Assembly (NCBI GenBank): GCA_046563655.1
Contig: CM102286.1
Location: 11,160,001-11,224,000, forward strand
Length of the DNA stretch: 64,000 nt
Source: Yuukianura sp. NJ FZ-2021
Lineage: Eukaryota
Direction: 5' to 3'
Shown: positions 33,390-45,400 of the stretch, piece after piece
Numbering within the stretch: position 1 is the stretch's first letter
How the letters are laid out: every line of letters starts with the position of its first letter
Program-made: the position numbers and the translations under genes
Notes under the pieces: generated by a model
Database searches by the model: none
Told to the model about the DNA's origin: nothing
Seen by the model: the letters and a program-made list of their open reading frames with translations, nothing else

Positions 33390-35968
33390 TTAGATATACA
33401 GGTCAGTAATGTTGAACGAGTCCCAAAGACGGATACGGTCATGAACTCCAAATGGCTCGAACATACGAGGTTCGTCGTTGATTTCAAACCAGTTGAAGGG
33501 TACCGTGTCATCACTCTTTTGCAGTGATGTCCATTCAATTTCTTCACGATATGTGGGGCTCCTAAAATAATTTAAAGCTTTTCAAAATACACTTTCAAGT
33601 TGAATTTCAAACAAAAACTGATCAAGTTACAAGAACGTACGCAGTTTTGGCAAAGTTGGCCCACATTCTAACGACATATTTTGAGAGGTTGTAGTATTGG
33701 CTCTCCTTCGTTATAACCGGAAACTTCTTGTTGGGGAAGAAAAGTTGCAAATCATCCGCATGTGCCGGTCCTTTTTTAAAAATAATGAAAAAAAAATTAA
33801 CGTGTTCGGTGAAAAATCTGGAATGCCAAATAATTTAGTGCTACCGAATGGCAACGATGACTCTCCCCATTGCTCTATATACGAACTAGATAAACTCGAT
33901 TCCATTTCTTTTGAAAAGTAGTACAGAAATATTTCTCGCCCTCGTTGACGCTTAGCAGCAAGTTGACCTCTGACATAAACTGACATTGGATGAACCCACT
34001 CTCGGTCACTGATTAAATTAGTTAAGTTTCTCAGCAAATAATCCTTAGGCAAAACGTATGGGGTGAAGTAGAAGTCCCGTAGTGCCTGCGCGATGGCCTC
34101 TGGATTGTGGGCATACTCAAAATCCATCAGCTCTGCAATCATATGATTCTTCTTCGCTTCAGAAACTTTTCCACATGACGATTGGTTAACAGAGAGAAGA
34201 TAACCTAATGTCAGGTAAACCAAACTAAAAAGTAACATTACCTTCATATTTTCAAAATCAGAAAAAAATTGTTTTTACTCATTGCTGTGCTTAAACTCTC
34301 CGACGACGTAATTCCATGAATTGATGGAACTGCATTGAACTTTCCCGCCTTGAGAAGTTTTAGTGGCTCATCAGGAAGCGCAGTATCGAGTTCCGGATTG
34401 TCCGATTCAGGTTCGATTGTAATCGCAAAGTTCAAATCTGTGGTAGCCATTGTTAGAACTTCGCCCGGAGTTTGGCGGAAACATTCTAACATTTCTTTTG
34501 AAGAGTTCGTTGAACAATTGAGAATTTTAGCCAATTTCTCAGCCTCGCCGCGACCCGTATTCATATTTCTGATTTTGAGCAAAGTTCCACTCTGCAAAAT
34601 TGCTCGATGAAACAAGCCTAAAAATACGTTATAATAATTTATAATAAACCGTTGTAAACACCGCCATCACCACCGTGGTTCCAGAGTTATAGTGTCCATC
34701 CGATGGACAGACAGACAGCATCGGGGAAAACCATAAAGTAGCGCACTACTTTCGCTACTTAATAAAACTTTTAGTATTACTATTTATATTAAAACTCAAA
34801 ACTTAGAACGTAAAACCTACCTTTGCTCATAGGAGAAAGTAGATGAGTGGAAACAAGCATGGCGCCATAGCTTGTTCCATAAATTGTTACTCTCTGCCTG
34901 TCGCCTCCAAACCTTCCTATATTTTCCTGCACCCACCGCAACGCCATTACTTGGTCCTTAACTGCAAAGTTCCCTCGGGCCAAGTAGTCTCCAGTATTTA
35001 AATGTCCTTAAAAATCAAATCATATTGTAAATAAAGTGTTATAAATTGTATTACATTTTTGAATTAGGATTTTAGAAGAACTTTCGCACTCACCAAATAC
35101 ATTAAGTCGAAAGTGAACCATGACGAGAACGACGTCTTCGTCCATAAAGTAATCTGCTCCATATTGACTCGCATTTCCGTTATGAATACCTCCGTGTACA
35201 TAGAAAATTACTGGAAACCGATTCCTTCGGCGTTCCAAATCATTAACCGCCTAAAAAACCATGAAAAGTACGACGTCATTTTCCTTTAACCTAATAAGTA
35301 TTTAATACGACTTTATGGTTAGATTAATCTAACATACCTTCGGAGTATAAATGTTTAGATATAAACAATCTTCCGACCCCACAACACTAACATTTCCAGT
35401 TTCTTTATTTGTGTGCAGTTGCATACACTGGGATTTGAATTCCGTTGCATCCAACGTTCCACTCGCTTTTCTTCCAGCTTTTCCTTTAGGTTCATCTAGC
35501 TCTTCCGGTGGCTAAACCAAGCATACATTTAATTAAGTATTACTCAAACTTACTTAAGTAAGTAAAGCGGAACTGTGTTACTGTTACGTGAGAGGCTGCT
35601 GATGCTGAGCTTACCAAAAATCTAAGACCTCCAATTGGTGGTTTGGCGTATGGGATGCCAAGGAACGCCAAGTATTTCCGCCCATCTCTGGATTCCAGTT
35701 CTTTTCCTTTGATTTTGCCTTGATCAAGAGTCACAAGGATCTCATCATCACTAATTGGGCTACTTCTTCCAAGTACATTGTTGCCTTTGTTAATTCGACT
35801 TCCACTCCTCGATAGTTGTGCAACAAGAACAACACCTACAAAACATAAGGTCGCCACTGCTAGGCTCTTGGTTACAAGTCGCCAAACATCGCTTTGTAAG
35901 CACTTTCTTCGTGGTGAGGCAGGTAAAAGCTCTTCATAACTGTCCCTTCGCGAATTCAAAAATTTCAT
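33390..35968 (-). CDS. Type-B carboxylesterase 2, tandem paralog
   Basis: Same exon layout as copy 1, with GTSYG, LQSG, GITSSE and AHADDL. Exon 2 has an in-frame expansion (KGKAGRKA in place of W). Confidence 0.9.
34650..34765 (-). mobile_element. Family 2 HINE-like head in an intron of carboxylesterase 2
   Basis: The minus strand reads TTATTAAGTAGCGAAAGTAGTGCGCTACTTTATGGTTTTCCCCGATGCTGTCTGTCTGTCC. It is absent from the paralogous intron (~30770-30852). Confidence 0.75.
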
Positions 35969-36622
35969 CGTCTCGATTTCTTCCAGGGCTAACCGGCTAA
36001 AGAACGACTCGACTTAAATGTTCCGTTCAAAAGAATTTAGAACAAATCTAGAATTAACTGCTAGGCTTGGGTGTCAGAACAGTAAAGTTATGAGTTAAGT
36101 TTAACTCAAACACTGAAGATGTGCTTCGGGTAATCTAATCTAATCGTTTCTAGCAAACCAAACATTGGCGCAATACTAGCATGGGCCAAATGAACGACAT
36201 CAAAATGAGTAGCTTTCAAATGTGATCAAAATTTTTAAGCCGATTGAAAACTTTTAGTGTCTCAGAGTATGGTAAAACAATGTCACCTTTCCTTTAGATA
36301 AAATTTCGGCTTTAAGAGTTTACAAGACTTCATCATCAAAACTTCAGAGTAAATATTTTGAAAAGTGTTAGAAAACTCAAAAATTGACAGAATTCCATTC
36401 ATCGAATTCAGTTTAGAAGCCAGAAATTCAGACCATATTAATTAGGGAAACCAACATTTTCGTTTCTTGGTTTTTTTTAAATTCCAATTCGTCAAATTCT
36501 GCGTCTTCTTTCTTTTAAAAAAAACGAAATATTCCGAGACACTTTCACTTTTATTTGACATTTCTCTGAGTGAAAGTAAAGTAGAAGGTAACTTTTAAAA
36601 CGTTGTAATGGGTGTCCACAGC

Positions 36623-39057
36623 TTAGCTATTCTTTTGAGCGACGCCAATTGTAACTGTCTTCACTTCGGTATAGTTGTTAAGACCGTATTCTCCAAGTTC
36701 TCTCCCGTATCCTGACACTGCAAAGAACGTATCAATCATAAGTTAGTAACTTAAGAATGTCACTTAAGTCGATATAAGAGGCAAGAGGTAACTTACTTTT
36801 GTATCCACCGAATGGTGTTTGGGGAGAGAATGCGTCATAAGTGTTTACCCTAAGAAATTGCAAAATAATGCTTGCAGTTAACGAAGCTTCCTATGATTTA
36901 ATTGATTTAACATTAATGATTTAAGTTATAGACATCCTTACCATACAGTACCAGCCCTCAGAGCGCTCGAAACGTGGAGAGCTTTGTCTAAGTTATTCGT
37001 GAAAATGGCTGCAGCAAGACCATAAACAGTCTTGTTGGCACGTTCGATGATTTCATCAGTTGTTTTAAACTTGAGGATGGATTTGACTGGTCCAAAGATT
37101 TCTTCCTGTGAAATCTTCATGTGATCCTTCACGTCGGCAAAAATTGTGGGCTGAATAAAATATCCTCTATTTCCAAATCGTTCTCCACTGCAACCAAAAA
37201 TGGATGTATAAATTACTTCTTAATTTATTCGAGTTGTCAATGTCAAGGTGACATTGTCGCAAATGCATTGAAAACGCACCCGGTAACCAATTTTGCGCCT
37301 TCCCGCTTCCCATCACCAATCAGCCCCATAATTTTGTTGAATTGCTCCTCGTCAATTTGAGGTCCCTGCTGCGTGTTAAGATCAAATGGATCGCCTACTT
37401 TTCTTGATTTAGCCATTACAACACTGCGCTCGACAAATTCATCGTATACGGCTTCTTCAACGAAGACTCTTGATCCGGCACAACAACATTGACCCTGGAT
37501 ATGGAAAGCACGTTATAATCTAAAATGATATAAAAATGTCCTTAAGAGAATGTTTCTGTACTTGATTAAAGAAAAGTCCGAAATGAGCCATCTTCACAGC
37601 ATGCTCCAAATCAGAATCGGCAAAAATGATATTTGGTGACTTTCCTCCAAGTTCGAGAGTTACACGTTTCAGATTAGCGCTTCGCTGAATTATTTTGCCG
37701 ATTTCTGTGGAACCTGTAAATGCAATTTTGTCAACTCCTTTATGCTCCACGATTGCTGCACCGGCAGTTGGGCCGTAACCGGGAACAATGTTTACAACCT
37801 GAAAGTAAGTTAATAAAATCAGATGTATTAAGCGTTAAACTAGTAAAATTAGTTAAAACCATACAAGCTAAAAATGAGATGTGCCATACTTACTCCTGCA
37901 GGGAATCCAGCTTCCTTGATCAATTCTGCTATGTAAAGAGCGGTCAAAGGAGTCTGCTCCGCTGGCTTCATGACCACAGTATTTCCTGTTCAAATGGTAA
38001 AGGTGAACATTAGCAATTCGTTTTCACCGAGCACCGAATTAGTTATTCTTTTTTTTAATTTGGATTTTAGAGTAAGTTCACGTATCGCCACCTACCCATT
38101 GCAAGAGCCGGTCCAAGTTTCCAGGCAAGCATCATTACCGGAAAATTCCAAGGGATAACTTTATTAAATAAATAGAAAATAATAATAAGTTAAAATTGGG
38201 ATTATAACATGGGTAGAAATATTTTGCGTACTTTGTCCGCAGACGCCAACAGGTTCATGGCGCGTATAGGCAAAGAAGTTCCTAAAATTAAAAGTAAAAG
38301 TTATTAGCTCGTGACGTAAAAAGTTAAAATTAAACAATGTGGCAAGTGCCACCGCAGAGGAGTTAACAAAACTCTTTCTCAAAATGTTTTAGTTATACCT
38401 ACCCGTCCATCGGAATAACTTTTCCATGATTTTTATCAGCCCAACCCGCATAGTACTTTAGGACACCGATAGAAGCTGGAATGTCTATGTTAAAAGCATC
38501 TCCAAATGGCTTCCCATTATCCAAAGTCTCCAAACTGGCGATGTAAGTCCTGTCTCTCTCCATTAAATCTGCGAGTCTGTTGAGTAATGTTCCACGGTGT
38601 GAAGCATCCATAGTCCTCCATTCTGAGCCTAATTTGAAGGCCGATTGGGCAGCTTTGACTGCTGCGTCAATGTCGGCTCTGTCGCCTTCCTGTACTTGCG
38701 TAATGATTTCCCCATTTGTAGGGTTCAATGTGGGGAAGGTTTTTCCCGACGCGGACTGTCGCCATTCATTATTAATGAAGATCTAAAAAGCGTAAAATTG
38801 ACGATTAAAAGTTCAAGGTCAAATTTTTTTATTTCTATAAATATACACGCGATGATCTTTCATTAACGTAGTAGAATTTTACGTAATAGGCAATCAAGCC
38901 GTGTCCTTACTCCGGTGTGTAAGATTTGCGGATTAGAGTCTGGTTTCGGCGCAGTCGCAGCGGCAGTTGACATAGACGAGGAGACCACCTTTGGACAAAC
39001 GTCTTTTGCTGGCCTCACGAGGCCATTGCGAACAACGGAATTGAGGGCTTTGTACAT
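36623..39057 (-). CDS. Aldehyde dehydrogenase, mitochondrial ALDH1/2-type, multi-exon
   Basis: Basic/Ser-rich presequence [81 protein letters not shown]. Confidence 0.94.
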
Positions 39058-39846
39058 GATGTTCAAGGTCAAATACTTTCCTACTTAATTAAAATCTGGA
39101 GATTACTTCTGCTAAACTAAAATTTCTAACCTCCGTTATCAAGTTGAACTTGAGAATTGAATTCAAATACTAGAAGTCCAAAATCCAAGAATTGGAATTG
39201 GGAGGACCAACCCCATGTCAACAACTAGAATTGTCACAAACCACTGCTATTTTTTGGAGATTTTTTTGTGATATTAGATGCGTTCAGTATATGTTTCCCC
39301 TCTGCATTCTTATAGTACGTTCCAAAAGTTATACTGGAACCTGGGTGTGTAGCGAGATGTAACGTTACATCACGCAGACGACGGAATCTGTTGTAAGTAA
39401 AATCCACTCCACTTTTTCTACTAAATTTGCCCTTCATCTCTCCTATCCCATCCACTTTCTCTTCGTATGCTTAGTAACGATTGGGTAGGGTAAACTGTTC
39501 TAGTAGACGTTACTACTACTCAAAAAAAAGGCCAAATCGAAGTGCATTCTGTGCCAATTGAAGAACGTTACATTACAAATTCTAGAACAACTTTAGGCTT
39601 CAAGATGAGAAGGCGCTTCAACAACAGCGTGTTCTTATTGTGTTAAAAACTGTTTGTAGTTTTTTGGGCAGTACAGGCTGCTTTTTGAATGTAATTGAAT
39701 TGTTTTTAAACGATTCCGATTGTAATGTGGCGGCACTTCACTTTCAATGCTGATTTTTAGAATGTTCAATTGATTGCACTCAAAACTTAAATTATGCTGT
39801 TAGTATTTGAAAACAATTTTAGTATTGAGACGTCTAATGTCCGGAT

Positions 39847-39960
39847 TTATTAAATAACTTAAGCTACTTATTGGTTTGACATTGTCTGTCTGTCTGTCTT
39901 ACCGGTCGTCCGTTCGGCCGGCGGCGGCATGCATCTCGGAAACCGCTAATGATTTCCTGT
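39847..39960 (+). mobile_element. Degenerate HINE-like head (family 2-related)
   Basis: TTATTAAATAACTTAAGCTACTTATTGGTTT followed by (GTCT)n resembles the head at 3937 (minus strand). Confidence 0.5.
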
Positions 39961-40484
39961 TTTGTTTTTACTAATGAACCGGGTATGCTCACAATTGCCC
40001 AGACAATTCTATACATCAGCTTGGTTTTCCTGCATTAAAATAAAAATGAAATGTAATCACGAAAAAATAACAACAAAACGGAAAAAACTCTTCGCTTGAA
40101 AGAAACACTTGGAATTATTTTTGTTTTAATTTTACCTGTACGATATTTTTTATTGAAGTGGACTAACATTTAATTATTTTTGGGGCCCACGTCTGAAGTC
40201 AACAACGACCTTGCATTTTACCAAATATTTCATTCTGCACAGGAAAGCCACTACAGTTAGAAGAAATGCATGTAGTATATAGAAGCAAGCGTCAATGTTG
40301 AAAGTCCATCCAGGCAAATTTCAAATTTTCGTTCGAATTTGTCTCTAGACGTTTTGGATTTTTAATTTGCCACCATTTAACAAAAGTTCTACAATTTAAG
40401 GCGAGAAATTACTGACCATACTTATAACATAAAGCTTTAAAACAAAAATTACCCGGTACACACAATTAAACTCGTAAAAGAGAC

Positions 40485-40996
40485 CGAAGCACGCCATTAG
40501 GCCCTATGAATTAGGCCCTCAGCCAACAGGCCTTATGAACTAGGCCCTAAACAATTAGGCCCTCACTGCCTTTAGGCCCTAATGAATTAGGCCCTCAAAA
40601 TGTTTAGGCCCTAAATTTTTATGCCCTCAGCAATTTAGGCCCTCACAATTTTTAGGCCCTAAAGACAATTTTGAGGAATATAATATTCAATCCGGTAGCC
40701 CTTTATATTTTACTTTGATTTTCCCGCGCCGAAGGCGCGGCGTTAGGTTATGAAATTGAAAGTAGTGATGTAGTCATTTCAATGTCAAAGCTTAAAATAC
40801 ACTACGCTTAAAAAATTGTGAGGGCCTAAAAATTGTGAGGGCCTAATGTACTGAGGGCGTAAAGATTTACGGCCTAAACATTTTGAGGGCCTAATTCATT
40901 AGGGCCTAAAGGCAGTGAGGGCCTAATTGTTTAGGGCCTAATTCATAGGGCCTGTTGGCGGAGGGCCTAATTCATAGGGCCTAATGGCATGGAACC
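40485..40996. mobile_element. Foldback/Mutator-like MITE with TIRs built from AGGCCCT subrepeats
   Basis: ~170 bp inverted arms of repeated TTAGGCCCT/AGGGCCTAA, 8 bp direct flank AAAGAGAC (40477-40484 and 40997-41004), core CCCGCGCCGAAGGCGCG..GTTAGG. Confidence 0.88.
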
Positions 40997-42439
40997 AAAG
41001 AGACAACAGTTTTCAAAACTCCCGATCAATACAGGTTACCAAAAATAACAATTAATTCATACAGACCTAATTAAAAATCTTAATAAAATATTCCAATGTA
41101 TTTTAAAAAAAAAATCACTCGGTTATGCTAATTGTAAGTAGAATTAACTAATTAAGTAAATTCAGTCGCTATTCCGTACAAGGAAAAGCAGGATTAGAAT
41201 TTTGCCTTTATCATTTCTTCACTACCTTTCATAAAAGTAGTATCATATCCTAACAATGTTCTAGCTTTCTTGCTGGTACTCCTAGTACTGTCGACATTCG
41301 GTAGAAATGAGGGCTCCCAAGGGTTTGCCGCACACTTCTTTCTCACTCAAACTCCGCTCTGGTCTGCTTCAGTCTTTGGAGATCCAACCCGACCCGGGTA
41401 ATTCGGGGGTGAAGTTCGTGTAAAGGCACAAAATTCTACTGTGGTCTTTCCTTCTTTTAGTCTTCTACCAGTCAACTCTCCCTTTCACTACAGATCTGGA
41501 ATAGAAGGGCTCAAAGCAGGGTGGAAGAAAGACGCTTCTGCAGGACAAATCACTACCACACACTTCAACTAGTCAAAAGTTCTCACACAGTTAAATCTTG
41601 TTCCATCCGCTTTCACTTACAATAGTCTTCGACAGTTGCGTGCACGAGCTATTTGTTTTGGAATTCAATAGTTTCCAACAAAACAATTTGTAATCACTAG
41701 AATTCTTAAAGGGCGAACGTGTGCCACTGCCAATACCTGGTTTCATATTTTCAGAAAACTGAAACAAAATTGCCTAGTTGTTGTAGTCAGGAAAATCAGA
41801 AGAAAAATTAGTGGTGGGATTTTTTTTAGTGTGCAGATTGCACTTCGAAACACTTTGTGACAAAATATCTGTTTTCATTTTTTTACGATTCAAAAAAAAC
41901 TGACTTTTCCGAAGGGCGTGACAAAATATTTCTCAAACTGTTCAGATTTTTGTTGCCCTAAATCCGATTTGAGGACCGACCGAGGCGGAAAAACTTTTGG
42001 TTTCTAGTGAAACAATTCGGAATAAAACATTTCTATCTCTTCCTACGGACGAATCAAAGTGAAAGTGAATCTCCATCCCTGCGAATAAGAGAGAAAAAAG
42101 GCAGACAAAATTCAATAAAATTCCTTCAGGATCTACCGACTTACGACCGACTCAATTTCTGCATACGTTCTTCTGCCCTTGATTTTTTTTGGAAGCCTTG
42201 GATTGATCATATTCTGCCAAACACTTTTATTTTGAGCAGCTCCCACGTCTTTGCGGATAAGGAGGTCAAAGGACAAGAGGGGAATCAACATGAGTTTGAT
42301 CTAGAATGAACTGGAGCATGTGCTAAATCTAAAGACAGAGACAAATTATTAAAAGCCTTTTGTGCTAGCTGAATTCTGAGAGCAATTTCTAGAATTTCCT
42401 TTTGTCATAAAGTCTTCTGAGATCTTTGAGAACAGAAAA

Positions 42440-45400
42440 ATGGGTTTCTCATTGTTCTTTGTGGAGTCAAGTGATTACAATGGAGAGTCTCCTAATCGCA
42501 ACACTCGACACTCTCATCATCATCAACAGCCATCCCCACCCCCGGCAAGATCCAGAACTTACCCCTCTGCATCATTATCTTCATCATCCACCAAATGGAG
42601 CAGAGTCCTCATTCTCGCCATTTGTCAACTGGCTACAGTTCTATCGCAAGGTAAGTCTAAGTTCTTTGACTTCCAAATACATGCAAAAGTTAAGCTAGGC
42701 TAAAGCCGGTCTACATCACGCAGTCACTTGTTGACTTTTGACTTTCACTCAAAACCTTTCTGTCGTTCACGTACAAGTGAAAGTAGAGTTGAGAACTTTT
42801 CTCTGAAACAATTCCTGATTGAATTTCAGTTCTAAGTTGCATTTCCATAGGATGGAGTGTAGGCGATGAAAATGGCAGAAGTTGAAGATAATGTTGATGG
42901 TGAAAAGTTATGGACTTGGTCTGATAGGCTTAAACTAAAAGCTCCTAACTAATTCTCGTGAGAGCAAAATGGATCCTTTTCCTTCATCATCCCTGTAGTA
43001 AGCCCCATAATTACTTATTATTCACCGGTTACTTTCAGCAGCAAAAGACTTGAAAACATTTCGCAAAAAGTTTTGGGGAAAGTTAGTTACAGAGAAAGCA
43101 AATCATTTCAAAAGCCTCTCCTTCGGCTTTGGTTTTTGGACTTACGGACAATTCCATTGCCACAAAGTTTAGACCTCCCGCATTATCCTACTTATTTCAT
43201 AATTAACTTATTCTGAAGCCCACATCTTGCGGAATATATTTCAACCCTTGCAATGATTACTAAAAATCAAGAAAGAAGCGATGAACTTTTCCAATTTTTC
43301 ACATTTTTATATAAATACATTTTATGTACGTTTCAATACGCGAATTTCAATAAGTTCAAGCGGTTGAAATTCCGTGAGGACTAATAAGCATCCAAACGCT
43401 TTTTTTACAAAAAAAAAATAACTCAGCAAAAACTGTTTTTGAAAATATTCAAAATAGTGATAACGTTGTGTTTATAGTTAAAAAAAAACATTGGCTTTCC
43501 AAGTTGTGCCATTAGATAGCAAGTTAAGGTTTAAAGATTTTGTGTTAAACGATAATTTTAGTGTTTTATTTTTTCGGAGCAAGGCTTGGAAAAGTACAGA
43601 ATTTGTAACTTCTGTAACGATAACTATTGGCGTTGAAGAAAGTGGTATGACGCCGAAGTCTTACAAATCCGTTGTCATTTCTTTCTCTTTTAATCTTCCA
43701 ATGTATGGTCTTTTATGCGTCACCAACACACGAGGGATGAATAGAAATTGAGCCGCTTTTGTTCTTCCCCAGTCATTTTCTCCCCGTAGAGAGTGTGGCA
43801 AACAATGAAATTATAAATTCTGCCGCAAGTAATTGTTCCCGCCACGGCAATCTCAAAGGGTGTGGACTATTCTAGGAATTTGTAACTTTCATGGAGATAT
43901 GTGGCACGAACTACACTATAAATCGGATCTTTACAAATATGAACAGGATATTTGAGTCCGGGAGAAGGAAGACAATAAAATTGTCATCAAAGGGGGTTTA
44001 AACAATACAAGAGTGAGAGATTCCAGATTTCTGGATTGGGCCTAACCCAAACTAGTTAGTCGTGGATCATGATAATCATTAGGATTTTGAAGTCTACGTT
44101 TTGAAATCACCTCGATGATTATTGCTGCTCAGCGGATGGGATTTGTAGCACTTTTGAGAAGCGTCTATTTTCCATGGAAACTTTTGGGAAGGGCTCCCTT
44201 GCTGCCCTGCGAGTCCTCGAAAACAATGGGGATGGAGAACAATGGTTCGGCGGTCTTTTGACTGATACTCGTTGGGAGAAGCGATGAAACTGAGACTCAA
44301 ATAACTTTGTGAATGGTGAAAGCATAGTTGTGTGTTGTGGGATTGTTATTAGTTATTGCGACACGAAGATACGCTATCAACTTCCCTACAGGAATTTAAC
44401 TTTCGTTTTTCTCATCATCCAATAGGAAGTCAAAACGCAATTCTGAGTAACTTTCCAAATTGTGAAGTAAAATATTTTTGTCTTACATTTCAATTTTATC
44501 GAAAAACCGGAATCTAAATACTCTCAGATATTGATATAAATTTTAACTTTCCGTTGTGCAAAGTTTATTTAAAAAAAATAGTTTGATTTTGCAGGAATGC
44601 TAGGCTTTTGGACAACATTTTAGATGGACCTACAAAGTAGTGTGTTTGTTTCTGTAAAACCAAGTTTTCACACTAACAGAACGCAAAATCATAACTTTGA
44701 TTCAACGTGCAAGTATTGCATAGTTAGTTAATTGCTCTTTTAGTATTATGCAATTACCTAATTAGCTTTCATTATTAGCTTCACTTAACTCAACCTCTTA
44801 TTCTTAAGGTTGTTTTCCCTACAAAATTATTCTATATCATTTTATGTGAAGTTAAGTTAAAAAATATGTTTTAAACATATCTTTCAACGTTGATTACTGT
44901 TTCAATAACTTTTTAGTTTTTTTAGTCCTATTGAGGAAAAATACTGTAACAGTCCCCGACAAATTTTTTGCAAAGGGTGTGATGCAAAAATTCACGATTT
45001 CTTATCCATTTCTGTTATTGAATCGAATGTTTTCGTGTCGATTGTCTATTACGCTTTTTTCACACTAAACATGAAAGGTGATTTGCTTCTAGGTGTTTTA
45101 GTTACTCAACACATTTTGTGGAAAAAGTCATGTTCAGAATTTTTTTTTCAAAAGGGCAATATGACTGTGTGACCTAAATTCTGAAAAAAGGCGTTTTCAC
45201 TTTGACTTCACTTAATTTAATGTTGCGTAAGTCAATCGTTTCCCGTTCTAGCTTTTGAAGCTGACGAACGATGACGGCTTTCACTTTGTAAGTTTTTGTA
45301 GACTGACTGTGAGTTGTTTTCGAATGCTGCGGCCTACCACAGCTTAGCAAAACGATTCTCTGAACTCTGGAGCGATTTTTTATGAGGAAAAAGTCGTCTT

